From Terriglobia bacterium (GTDB lineage: Bacteria; Acidobacteriota; Terriglobia; Terriglobales; Acidobacteriaceae), in the NCBI GenBank assembly GCA_963826275.1, contig CAWGWI010000006.1, positions 68,770 to 132,769 on the forward strand: a DNA stretch of 64,000 nucleotides, written 5' to 3'. Below, piece by piece: positions 53,320 to 63,169 of the stretch. The position numbers were made by a program, and so were the translations under genes. The number at the start of each line of letters is the position of its first letter. Within the stretch, counting starts at the first letter, position 1. The notes beneath the pieces were generated by a model, which worked only from the letters and a program-made list of their open reading frames with translations, was not told where the DNA came from and ran no database searches.

Positions 53320-54499
53320 ATGCATCACGCCAAAACCCATAAGCAAATCAGCGAAAAGGCGAGCCGCTTTTCGGAATCGGTGATCCGCGAGATGACCCGC
53401 CACGCTTTGATTTATGGCGCCGTAAATCTCGCGCAGGGTTTCCCTGATTTCTCCGCACCCGAAGCGATCAAGCGCGCGGCGCAGGACGCGATTGCGGCCG
53501 ACATCAATCAGTACGCGATCACCTGGGGTGCCAAAAGATTGCGCGAAGGCATTGCTCGTCACATGCAGCAGACGCAAGGCATGCAAGTCGATCCCGAGAC
53601 GGAGGTCACTGTTACCTGCGGCTCGACCGAGGCGATGATCGCGTCCCTGATGGCAGTGACCGATCCTGGCGACGAAGTCGTCATCTTCGAGCCGTTCTAT
53701 GAGAATTATGGGCCGGACACGATCCTCTCGGGAGCCCAGCCGCGCTTTGTAACTCTGCGTCCTCCGGCAACTTCGCAGGGCGAGTGGAGCTTCGACGAAA
53801 AAGAACTCCGCACGGCGATCAACCAGCATACGCGCGCCATCATCATCAACACTCCCAACAATCCGACCGGGAAAGTTTTCACGCGCAAGGAACTGGAACT
53901 GATCCGCGACCTCTGCGTCGAATTCGATGTTCTCGCCATCACCGATGAGATTTACCAGCACATCATCTACGACGGCACCGAACACGTTTCTCTCGCGACC
54001 CTCGACGGCATGCGCGAGCGCACCATCACCATCAATGGCATGTCGAAGACCTATAGCGTCACCGGATGGCGCGTAGGCTGGGCGGTTGCGCCGGCGGCAT
54101 TGACTTCGGCAATCCGCAAAGTGCACGACTTCCTCACCGTCGGTGCGGCAGCGCCTCTTGCAGGACGCAGGCGCAGCGGCACTCATGCTTCCCGAGAGTT
54201 ATTACGCTGACTTGGCCGAAGGCTATCGCCGCCGGCGCGACAAACTGGTGCCGGCACTCGAAAAAGCCGGCTTCCGAACATTCCTTCCGCGGGGCGCGTA
54301 CTACGTCATGACTGACATCAGCGCCTTCGGATTCACCGACGATGTGAGCTTCTGCAAACACCTGGTCAGTGAGATCGGTGTTGCCGCGGTGCCGGGATCA
54401 AGCTTCTACAGCGATCCAAAAAACGGTGCCCGGCAAGTACGCTTCGCGTTCTGCAAGAAAGACGCGACGCTGGAAGAAGCCGCCAGAGAGATTGGGTAA
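53320..54499 (+). pseudogene. Class I/II aminotransferase (YbdL / kynurenine-aminotransferase-like) interrupted by one apparent 1-nt frameshift near 54155
   Basis: Frame 1 reads ...MSKTYSVTGWRVGWAVAP...HDFLTVGAAAP, then turns to nonsense. Frame 2 continues LQDAGAAALMLPESYYADLAEGYRRRRDKL...VPGSSFY. The two parts are contiguous in a normal family alignment. Confidence 0.8.
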
Positions 54500-54572
54500 G
54501 CTGCGAATAGGCAAGTGAAGGGACGACAGCCGATGTCGAGTTCTTCAAACTTGGAACACGCCGTAACCGCTG

Positions 54573-54782
54573 TTGCGTTTTCGCTCATTGTCGACAATTC
54601 TGTTGGGATTTGGAGGGCTTCTTCTGGGTTGGTATCTCTGGGCGCACTTTGGGCCGAGAGCGAGTGACCTCGACGATAGTGCTGGTTACCTCTGCGGGCT
54701 CTTAGTTGGCGCCGTCCTGGGACTCGTGGGAGGTGTAGCGTCAATTCGGAAATTCTGGCGCGCAGAGACTCTGAGAGACTGA
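54573..54782 (+). CDS. Hypothetical 69-aa two-TM protein
   Basis: Hydrophobic ORF with a non-ATG start. Its 3-prime end runs into the octamer repeat. Confidence 0.25.
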   Translation: MRFRSLSTILLGFGGLLLGWYLWAHFGPRASDLDDSAGYLCGLLVGAVLGLVGGVASIRKFWRAETLRD

Positions 54783-54830
54783 CAGACTGATAGACTGACC
54801 GACTCAGTGACTGACAGACTGACCGACTGC
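54767..54830. repeat. Octanucleotide tandem repeat (GACTGANN) x ~7
   Basis: GACTGAca GACTGAta GACTGAcc GACTCAgt GACTGAca GACTGAcc GACTGC, preceded by a degenerate unit. Confidence 0.85.
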
Positions 54831-54853
54831 TCCCCACCAATTACAATCGCCTC

Positions 54854-56039
54854 GTGCTGCGCTTTCAGTCAGAGTTCGTTCCCGAACAAGACGCAGAGTT
54901 CTTTGCGGCCATTCCTGCAAAGCCTGCCGTGTTTCTCCTGCGTGGGGACGCGGGAAGCGAGCCCTACGTCAGCAAGACCGCCAACCTCCGGCGAAGACTC
55001 ATGCGGCTGCTGGGTTCCGAAGGCGAAGCCACCCGACGCCTGAATCTGCGCAGCCGCGTACGCACCCTCGAATACTCGCCCACCGGCTCCGATTTCGAAT
55101 CGCAACTTGTTCTCTACAAGACGCTCCGCGAAGCATTCCCGAAAAACTATGTCGATCGCTTGCGACTGCGGTTTGCTCCGCTCGTGCACCTCCACCTCGA
55201 GAACCGCTACCCGCGAGCTTCCGTCACGGTGAAATTAGGGAAGAATGCGAACGAGTATTACGGCCCATTCGCCTCACGCGTGGCCGCCGAGAAATTTGCC
55301 AACGACTCACTCGATTTCTTCAAGATGCGGCGCTGCGTCGAGGAACTGAATCCCGATCCGAAATTCCCCGGCTGCGTCTACTCCGAGATGAAAATGTGTC
55401 TGGCACCCTGCTTCAAAGGCTGCACGGACGAAGAGTACTCAGCCGAAGTTGTGCGCGTGCAGGAGTTCTTCGACTCCGGCGGCCAGTCGCTGCGCCGCGA
55501 ACTGGAGCAAGCGCGCGAGAAGGCGTCTACCGATCTGGAGTTCGAGACCGCCGCCGCGCTTCACGCCAAAATCGAAAAGCTGAAGCCGGTGCTCGCGCAG
55601 GCGCCGGAGATCGTGACCCGTCTCGATCGCATGAAAGGATTAATGATTCAGCCCGTCGGCTGAGCCGGATTCGGTGATGCTGTTTCAGATCGACGCTGGC
55701 CGCATTTCCGAACCGATTCCGTTTCTCGTGAACCAACCGGCCGAGACCGGCAAAATGCATTCCATGGAAGCCCGGCTCCAGGAAGCAATCGCCGCTCCAG
55801 TATTTGGGAAAGCAACAATTCTCGACACCATGGAGCAGCTGGCGATCCTCAAGCGCTGGTATTACCGCACCAGCAAGGCAGGTGAAGCGTTCTTCGCCGA
55901 CCAGTCGGGCGACTTGCCATGGCGCAGAATCGTGCGCGGATTATCCCGCGTTTTCCGCGGTGAGAAGGCCGCGCCGGACCTGAGTGAGTCAGCCAAGGAC
56001 TACTGGATCTTCCGCCACAAAGAAGGGCTCGGGAATTGA
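54854..56039 (+). pseudogene. Short UvrC-like protein (degenerate GIY-YIG + UVR domain, no C-terminal endonuclease/HhH) with an apparent frameshift near 55650-55663
   Basis: ORF 54854-55663 carries PAVFLLRGDAGSEPYVSKTANLRRRL and the UVR motif LEFETAAALHAKIEKL. The second ORF (frame 3, open from 55647) continues ...AEPDSVMLFQIDAGRI. Confidence 0.55.
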
Positions 56040-56168
56040 GCCAAGTAACGTGCAAGCCGAGGTAATGTAATCCGTGGGTCATCTTGAAAGACCGAGAAGG
56101 ATCGGCGACGGACAAGCCTTGCCGGTTTGAACGCGCGACTCGAGTGAATCCAGGTTTTCGATTGCCAT

Positions 56169-57704
56169 TCACCCATTAACGAATTGTTTGCTTCGCTTCC
56201 TGAACACCGTCCTCACTCCCTCTCTCCAGTGTTCGTCGACGGCGATCAGGTTCCATTCCACCTCCGGGCTGAAGTAGCGCAGCAAGGTGTCTGTCGCAGG
56301 ATGGATGCGTAACGCTGGTGCTACCAGCAACAGCAACGGCGACTGCTCGCTCAGCTCCGCGCCGGGGAAGTATCCGAACTTCTGAAACTCGCCACGCGCG
56401 TGATGCCACCGAACCCGCGCCCAGTAGTCGAGTCCTTGCAAGGGCAGGTGAATGTCCTCATCTGCTTTCAGTTCGATCACTGCGAGGCGGCCATCTTGGG
56501 TCGACGCGAGCACGTCGATCATGGCGCGATCCGCCGCAGAGAATGCCGGCACCTGCGAGTAGACAAACCGCGAATTCAGCCGATGATCGAGCGCGTGGAC
56601 ATCGCTGATCACGAGTGACTCGAGCCAGCGCTCCGGCACCATCCGCCACAGCGCATCGGACGCGCGCGTCTCTTCCGCCCGGCGCGACATTGCGAGCCGA
56701 GCTGTGATCTCGCGAAAAAAAGCTTCCGATTCGCCATTGAGTACCGTTTCATTCGCACCCACACCAAAAACGATCTCTTCTCCCGAACGAAACGAACCCG
56801 CGGCAAACGCCACGCGTGCGCGAGCAAACTCCAGTCCAAAGAGACGGAAGGAAATCTCGCCCGGCGAGAGCACGTGGATTTCAGCTTTGGACACAAACTC
56901 CTGAATGCGGCTGATCGACGCAGCAAACCGCTGGTGCGCAGCAGCTACATCGGGGCAGTGCACCAGTCGCGTGCTGATGTTGCCGATGTCCCCGGTATCG
57001 ACTGGTTCAACCGTCGCGGTCTTCGCGTCGACTTCGTAAAGCTCCCACCTCGCCGCTGCGCGGTTCAGATGCGCCATCCGTTCGCGGACCATCGCCGAGT
57101 GCTTGATCGGAACAAACAGCTTCAGGCCAGCAACGTGCCGTCGTTGGGCCTCCCGCTGTCGCAGATAGTCCAGCCACAAAATGCCAATCGTAAGCGATGC
57201 GTCCACCGACGCTTGCGTCTCATGCTCGTTGACGCCCAGCACCGCCCAGGCCGAGGTCCCCTGATAGATCGCACCACGAGCATATATAGGTCCAAACGAT
57301 CGCTCGAGATCGACCGTCGAAGTGAGCGGAACGATGGTCGCGCCCGGATATTCTCGCCGTAAAATCCGATCCAGCGTCTTGTGATACCCAATGCGCTGCG
57401 ACTTCTTCGCCGATGGCGTACGCAGGTCATGCCCGCGGCAGATCTCCAGTTTGTTGGGACGCGACTGCCCTAGGCGGTGCACGGAAAGTTTCAGCACCTC
57501 GCTTTTTTGTTGTGCATCGATCACGCGCCGCACGCAATTTCGTTCTTCCGACCATAAGTGCAGTACGCACTTTCCATGATCTGTGGAGAGGGAATAGCGG
57601 GCCGTCTGCAGATCGAAGAGTGTGGCTCCCTCTTCGACGACGATGGCATCGCGCGATTCAGCCAGGAAGTCGTGTACGGTGCGAGCTAGGGTTGTGAGAT
57701 CCAT
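56169..57704 (-). CDS. Large hypothetical protein with a C-terminal RecB-like PD-(D/E)xK nuclease motif set
   Basis: 511 aa. The C-terminal segment is IDVLASTQDGRLAVIELKADEDIHLPLQGLDYW, giving D ... ELK ... QxxxY. The N-terminal 350 aa were not recognised. Confidence 0.5.
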   Translation of the reverse strand: MDLTTLARTVHDFLAESRDAIVVEEGATLFDLQTARYSLSTDHGKCVLHLWSEERNCVRRVIDAQQKSEVLKLSVHRLGQSRPNKLEICRGHDLRTPSAKKSQRIGYHKTLDRILRREYPGATIVPLTSTVDLERSFGPIYARGAIYQGTSAWAVLGVNEHETQASVDASLTIGILWLDYLRQREAQRRHVAGLKLFVPIKHSAMVRERMAHLNRAAARWELYEVDAKTATVEPVDTGDIGNISTRLVHCPDVAAAHQRFAASISRIQEFVSKAEIHVLSPGEISFRLFGLEFARARVAFAAGSFRSGEEIVFGVGANETVLNGESEAFFREITARLAMSRRAEETRASDALWRMVPERWLESLVISDVHALDHRLNSRFVYSQVPAFSAADRAMIDVLASTQDGRLAVIELKADEDIHLPLQGLDYWARVRWHHARGEFQKFGYFPGAELSEQSPLLLLVAPALRIHPATDTLLRYFSPEVEWNLIAVDEHWREGVRTVFRKRSKQFVNG

Positions 57705-57838
57705 GTAAAAGATCTCACCGATATCACGGATGGGCGTGCGTTTCGGTGCGGTGGGTCACACCCATGGGGCAGTCGAGTGGTGTTCCTGGTTACCCTGCGT
57801 GGGACGCCAACCTCGGCTGCCGTAGTTGCGATCCGACC

Positions 57839-59884
57839 TCACCACACGTGGCAGGCGTTCTCTCTCACCATCGGCTGTCCGGCCTTGCAGCCAAACGCCT
57901 TCTGGAATTCCGCTGAATTCGAGACCACGCCATTCACTCGATACTGGCCTGGCGAGTGCGGATCGGTGAATGCCCGCACACGCGAATTCTCCGGCGTTAC
58001 GTTCTGGCACCAGATCTGCCCGAACGACAGGAAGAATCGCTGCTCGGGTGTGAAGCCGTCGATATCCGGCGCCGCGCCGCCCTTCTCTTTCAAAGCGTTC
58101 TGCAAGGCCTTGTAGGAGATGCGCACGCCCCCATTATCGGCCGTGTTTTCGCCAAGCGTCAGTTTGCCGTTAAGGTGAACATCGTCCACAGCCACATAGC
58201 TCGCATATTGGTCCGAAATGCATTGCGTACGCTTGTCAAACTCCGCCCGATCTTCGGGCGTCCACCAGGAATGATAATTCCCGATCGCATCGAACTGGCT
58301 CCCCTGATCGTCAAATCCATGCGTGAGTTCATGCCCGATCACCGCTCCGATGCCACCGTAGTTCACCGCGTCATCGATATTGTTGTCGTAAAACGGTGGC
58401 TGCAGAATTCCGGCGGGGAAATTAATGTCATTCATCGCGGAACGATAATACGCATTCACCGTCGGCGGTGACATCGACCATTCGGAGCGATCAACCGCCT
58501 TGCCAATCTTGCTCAATTGACGGTCGTTCTCGAAGGCGTTCGCGCGCAGCAGGTTCCCGAGCGCATCATCACGCTTGATCTTGAGTTTCGCGTAATCGCG
58601 CCACTTGTCGGGATATCCGATGTTGTTATGAATCGCGTCAAGCTTGACCTCAGCTTGCTTCTTAGTGGTGTCCGTCATCCAGTCGAGACTCTGGAAGTCC
58701 TGTCCCATTGCCTTCTCAATGGCGTTCACCATCTTTAGCGTGCGCTGCTTGCCTTCCGCGCCGAATGTCTCATCGACGTAAGGCTGGCCAAGCGCCTCAC
58801 CCAGTTGGCGATCGGTGCGGATCACGCAGCGCTTCCATCGGACCTGGATCTCTTTCTGCCCATTCAGATACTTGCGCTCGAACGCAAAATCTTCCTGTAC
58901 GAAAGGTTCAGAAAGAGCTGGCGCCGCCGTCCGCACGAGGTGCCATCGCAGGTAAGTCTTCCAATCCGCAACCGGAATGGAATCAAGCTTAGGACTCACC
59001 TGCTTGAAGAACTCCGGGTTGATCACATTCAGTGACTCAAATTTCGGCGCGCCACTGTCGGCGAAATATTGCGTGAACTCGAAGTTCGGCGCCAGTTGAT
59101 TCAACTCGGCGAGGCTCATCGGGTGATCGCGTTTCGCGGGATTGCGGCGTTCCGCACGATCCATCGAGGCCTGCGCGAGTTCCGTCTCGATCTGCAGAAC
59201 GGTTTTCGCCTGGGCAGCGGCGGCGTCGGGCTTGTCGCCGAGCAACTCGAACATCTTCTGGACATGCGCCACGTACGCATCGCGCGTTGCCACTGACTTC
59301 GGATCGGTCTTCAGATAGTAATCGCGATCGGGCAATCCCAGCCCGCCTTGGTCCACATTCGCGATCATCTGGCTGGCATCATGAAGGTTCGGCGACGGGC
59401 CAAATCCAAACAGCCCACTCACTCCCTGCGAATGCAGATAAGCAATCGCGCTGATGAGGTCCTGCCGTGTCTTAATGGCCGCGATGCGCGCAAGTTGCGG
59501 CTCAATCGGCTTCGCACCCAGCGCGTTCGCGTGGGCTTCGTCCATGCACGCGGCGTAGTTATCGCCTATCTTCTGCATCACCGCGTCGCGCTTCGGATCG
59601 GGCACTGCGGCCTTTTCCAGGATCGCATGCAGGATGTCGTAATTGCGCTCCTGCAATTCATCGAAGCGTCCCCAGCGCGCCTGGTCCCCCGGAATTGGAT
59701 TCTTCGCCATCCAGCCGCCGCATGCGTATTTGAAGAAGTTGACGCAAGCATCGACCGACGGATCCATCGCGCTCTTGTCGAAGCTGGGAATACGCGGTGC
59801 CGCAGCTTTGCTGGCGGGAGGTGCAGTCTGCGAAAGGGCAACCGAGCAGAAGAGAAGAAGGCAACAACTGATTTTGAGTCGCAT
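57839..59884 (-). CDS. M13-family zinc metallopeptidase (PepO / endothelin-converting-enzyme-like)
   Basis: 681 aa with a signal peptide, HELTHGFD and GENTADNGG. Confidence 0.9.
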   Translation of the reverse strand: MRLKISCCLLLFCSVALSQTAPPASKAAAPRIPSFDKSAMDPSVDACVNFFKYACGGWMAKNPIPGDQARWGRFDELQERNYDILHAILEKAAVPDPKRDAVMQKIGDNYAACMDEAHANALGAKPIEPQLARIAAIKTRQDLISAIAYLHSQGVSGLFGFGPSPNLHDASQMIANVDQGGLGLPDRDYYLKTDPKSVATRDAYVAHVQKMFELLGDKPDAAAAQAKTVLQIETELAQASMDRAERRNPAKRDHPMSLAELNQLAPNFEFTQYFADSGAPKFESLNVINPEFFKQVSPKLDSIPVADWKTYLRWHLVRTAAPALSEPFVQEDFAFERKYLNGQKEIQVRWKRCVIRTDRQLGEALGQPYVDETFGAEGKQRTLKMVNAIEKAMGQDFQSLDWMTDTTKKQAEVKLDAIHNNIGYPDKWRDYAKLKIKRDDALGNLLRANAFENDRQLSKIGKAVDRSEWSMSPPTVNAYYRSAMNDINFPAGILQPPFYDNNIDDAVNYGGIGAVIGHELTHGFDDQGSQFDAIGNYHSWWTPEDRAEFDKRTQCISDQYASYVAVDDVHLNGKLTLGENTADNGGVRISYKALQNALKEKGGAAPDIDGFTPEQRFFLSFGQIWCQNVTPENSRVRAFTDPHSPGQYRVNGVVSNSAEFQKAFGCKAGQPMVRENACHVW

Positions 59885-60213
59885 GGCACTCCTGGGAGGA
59901 ATGAAGTGGGAAACGGGTGAGTGTACAGCAGAGTAGACACAGGCTCCAGCAGCTTGTTTCAGACAAACTGCGGAACGGGGCGAGTCGTAGCTGGCAAGCG
60001 ACGAACAGCAGGTTTATTTCTCGCAAGACTCCCAATTCACGCTAGCGAGAAACATGGGACGAGCGGCGTAAAGCCACGCTTGACGCCAGCCATCGTTTTC
60101 AACGTTTTGTGAAAAGTCTCCCAGTTCGCTGCACCCGAACGCTTCTGCCTGATACCGCGATACTTCAATACCTGAACAGATTGCAATATCCTGTCCGTGA
60201 GGCTAGTTGATAC

Positions 60214-60411
60214 ATGGCTTTGGTCTGGCTCGTAGAATGCAAAACCTGTCTGCAACGCTTTCCTGTACTACGGCGAGAGAACGTGTCGGGCAAGAGCACA
60301 GATGCACTCGTTCCCAACCCAGACGTCGGGTCCTTCGAATGCCCTCACTGCCACGAATATCACCACTATGGCACCGAAAATTTCATCCCCGGTGAGGGGC
60401 GCATCCACTAG
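60214..60411 (+). CDS. Hypothetical 65-aa zinc-ribbon protein
   Basis: CKTC ... CPHC spacing typical of a Zn ribbon. ATG with GAGG upstream. Confidence 0.4.
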   Translation: MALVWLVECKTCLQRFPVLRRENVSGKSTDALVPNPDVGSFECPHCHEYHHYGTENFIPGEGRIH

Positions 60412-60888
60412 GTTTTGCACGCAACGCGACCAACATCGGGTGCCCCACTCCTGCGAAGCAACGGGTGGGAAGATCATGAGCCGGGTACTGTCACCCGTGT
60501 CCCCTTTTCGGAGTCGCTCGATCGTGCTCGTCTAGTCCGATTCGGTCGGGCAGTAATCGCGGACTAGCCGCACTTGGCACCATCCAAGATTCGAACTCTA
60601 ATGTGGGTGGCGGTGACCAATGATTTGGGACAATGTGCAACAAGCATCGACAAACGCCTCCGCGCTGGATCGTGCTGTCCTCGAAATTGAACAGTCGAAA
60701 GAAACGGCACGGCTCCGTCTGAGCCAGCGCACTAATGAGTCTCTGTCCATTGTTGACTTTGCGGAGCTTCTTCCCTCGGGCGACTGATCACCAATCCGGC
60801 GTTGCCGAAAACAGTCCCGAAACGGTCCAGGAGACAAATAGTTACGCTCCACGTGTCGGTGGGGTTTTGAAGCGCGGATAATAGTTCC

Positions 60889-61101
60889 ATGGCCAAGAAA
60901 AACAAACTCGCAAACACCATCGCCTACCTGAATTATGAGTATTTGAGTGTGGTAGCGAAGCTCTGCGGAGAGCCGGTCGATAGCCTCATTGATCGTATGG
61001 CCGAGCGCGCTGCTGCCGAGAAGAAGACCACCTTGAAGAAGAAGATCAGCGCCTCGCGCCCGGCTAAATCCGTTCGCGTTAAATCCGCACGTGCCGCGTA
61101 G
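60889..61101 (+). CDS. Hypothetical 70-aa basic-tailed protein
   Basis: ORF only. No RBS or family recognised. Confidence 0.2.
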   Translation: MAKKNKLANTIAYLNYEYLSVVAKLCGEPVDSLIDRMAERAAAEKKTTLKKKISASRPAKSVRVKSARAA

Positions 61102-61205
61102 AATCGAAGCCTGAAGCCTTTAGAGCGCCGATTAGGATTCGCAGCGGTCTGATATCGAACGAGGCTCCACGAATTACCTGGCTTTACGAAGAATGTGTGG
61201 GGCTC

Positions 61206-62000
61206 CTATATGTTCTTGCCCGAGGCTGTCAGTTCCTGTCCCTGCAGGACACGCGATAACACTGCCTCTCTCGTTGCCTTCAGCGTGTTAACGAGCGATT
61301 CCCTGGGAAGTCGGTAGATGATTGGTTCTATGATCCAGCCCAAGCCCTTGGGAATATCACGGGTCAGCGAAATCGCTCGACATTCGGCACGAACGCCACT
61401 TTCACTCTCCTGAAATCGCCAGTAGGAATGAAGACGCCACAGGTATCCATAACCTGTATCTGCTGGCATCACCTGTTCGTGCTGTGTTCCAGCATGTTCA
61501 ACCTCAGAAATGCGCGTCGTGTAGGAGTTGCATCCCGATCGTGTGCGATCCAGGGAAAAATAATGAACATCGTGTTCCGTATCCAGCACCACTGTAATGA
61601 TCTTCTTCTTCTTGAGTCGCAAGTAGATTTGGAAATCGTTGTCGCGGCGGCTGATGAGCTTTGAGTCGATCACCTCAGGCTTGTAGATATTCTTGTGATT
61701 GTCGTAGTTCTGGATAACGGCGAGAACGTTGTCCACGGTCGCGCCTGGAATCTCTGCCGCTCCGATCCAATCGTGAATGAGACCGTCCGGCACCTCCACA
61801 GGACTCGTGCCACGCCAGAATTCGGCCGGGATCTGCCCTCTGAGACTCTCCTCGGTGGTTTTCGAATTGGCATTAGACCAAAGAAACGTTCCTTCTCCAT
61901 GAAGGGTTTGCTCTATTTCTGCTTCAGCTTTGCGAATATAGAGGTTGAACGTATCGATGGTCTGAAACTGCAGCTGTACTGGGTTGGCGGTTCGCGCCAT
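61206..62000 (-). CDS. Hypothetical protein (possibly START/SRPBCC-like lipid-binding fold)
   Basis: ATG at 62000 within ORF 61206..62072. The fold guess comes only from length and beta-rich composition. Confidence 0.4.
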   Translation of the reverse strand: MARTANPVQLQFQTIDTFNLYIRKAEAEIEQTLHGEGTFLWSNANSKTTEESLRGQIPAEFWRGTSPVEVPDGLIHDWIGAAEIPGATVDNVLAVIQNYDNHKNIYKPEVIDSKLISRRDNDFQIYLRLKKKKIITVVLDTEHDVHYFSLDRTRSGCNSYTTRISEVEHAGTQHEQVMPADTGYGYLWRLHSYWRFQESESGVRAECRAISLTRDIPKGLGWIIEPIIYRLPRESLVNTLKATREAVLSRVLQGQELTASGKNI

Positions 62001-62151
62001 AACAGATTGTCTCTTTTCACAATCGTGATCTGTCAGCGCGAGAAAGTCAAACGGGCGCGAAGAGATCGCCAAGTCACCCTGACGAGCTGCGTTCGAACAG
62101 ATATCGCAATACGAGTAGTGCCACCCTCCCCAAGCCGCATCGAGGCACAGA

Positions 62152-62739
62152 TTACTTTTCGCGCTCGCTAACGTTTCCGAGCGTCCAGGGACGAGCTCCC
62201 TCCAAACCTAGTTCCAACTTCTTTTGCTTATCATATTGCAGCTCTGCCGCTTCGATGAGCTGACCGCTGCTTTTCCCCTTCACCGGGCTGATGTCCAGTA
62301 TTGCTCCGGAGAATGTGTTCTCCACATTCTGCGTGTTGAGGGAATTCGCCATATTCATCGGAGTGTTGGTAATTAGCCTGATCTTCGTTGTACCGTCCGG
62401 CATTGCAATTTTGCGGGCGTACACGATCGTATATCCAATGTTATTTCCAGACCCAGAGACGCTGATGTGCCCACGGCTGGGATACTTCAACAATTTCGCG
62501 ACCAGGGCTTTGTTGCCGCCGCTCTCGAATGTGTTCACCAGTTCCTGCGTTTGACTCGTCGGGGAGAAGCTATCAATGATGATAGTGACGTTGTACATCT
62601 GCCCCCTTGTTTCCTCTTGGGTCGACGTGGCGGTGGCGGTGTACTGGACGGGCTTGGAGTCCTGCGCATAAGCCACAAAACTGGCCAACGTTAACAACAG
62701 ACACAACGCGATCACTAGGCGACTGCTATCTCTTAACAT
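62152..62739 (-). CDS. Hypothetical secreted protein
   Basis: ATG at 62739 with an AGGAG RBS 7 nt upstream. The signal peptide is MLRDSSRLVIALCLLLTLASFVAYAQ. Confidence 0.5.
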   Translation of the reverse strand: MLRDSSRLVIALCLLLTLASFVAYAQDSKPVQYTATATSTQEETRGQMYNVTIIIDSFSPTSQTQELVNTFESGGNKALVAKLLKYPSRGHISVSGSGNNIGYTIVYARKIAMPDGTTKIRLITNTPMNMANSLNTQNVENTFSGAILDISPVKGKSSGQLIEAAELQYDKQKKLELGLEGARPWTLGNVSEREK

Positions 62740-63169
62740 GCTCTTCTCCTTTTGCACTTTGGGACATCCTCAAGCTAGGCGTGACCTCTTGCGAACGGCA
62801 CCCGCGACCGCCGAGTCTGCGGTGTCTACTCCTTCAAGGAGACTTCTCCGCGCCGCCGGTGCAAGCGTCCTCAAGCCCTGAGCAGCGGCGATTGAGGCGT
62901 CGCATTTCACCGCCATTACAACCTCAGTTCGTTACTTGTCGCGGTTCCTAAACTGCAGTCCCGCAACCCAGAGAAATATTGGGAGTTAGCAAATCAGAAT
63001 CAGCGGTATTCGGCGAAGTTGCCATCGTTCGGAGGGAGCTTCCAAAAATCGCGGTGCTCAACATGCAGCTTAGTTCGGAACTGCAGGGTTATGATTCACT
63101 TCCCGTCCCACACTATCCATAACGGAGTATCTCGAAGCGAGACAGCTCGTGTTCTTGAATTCCTGCGCC

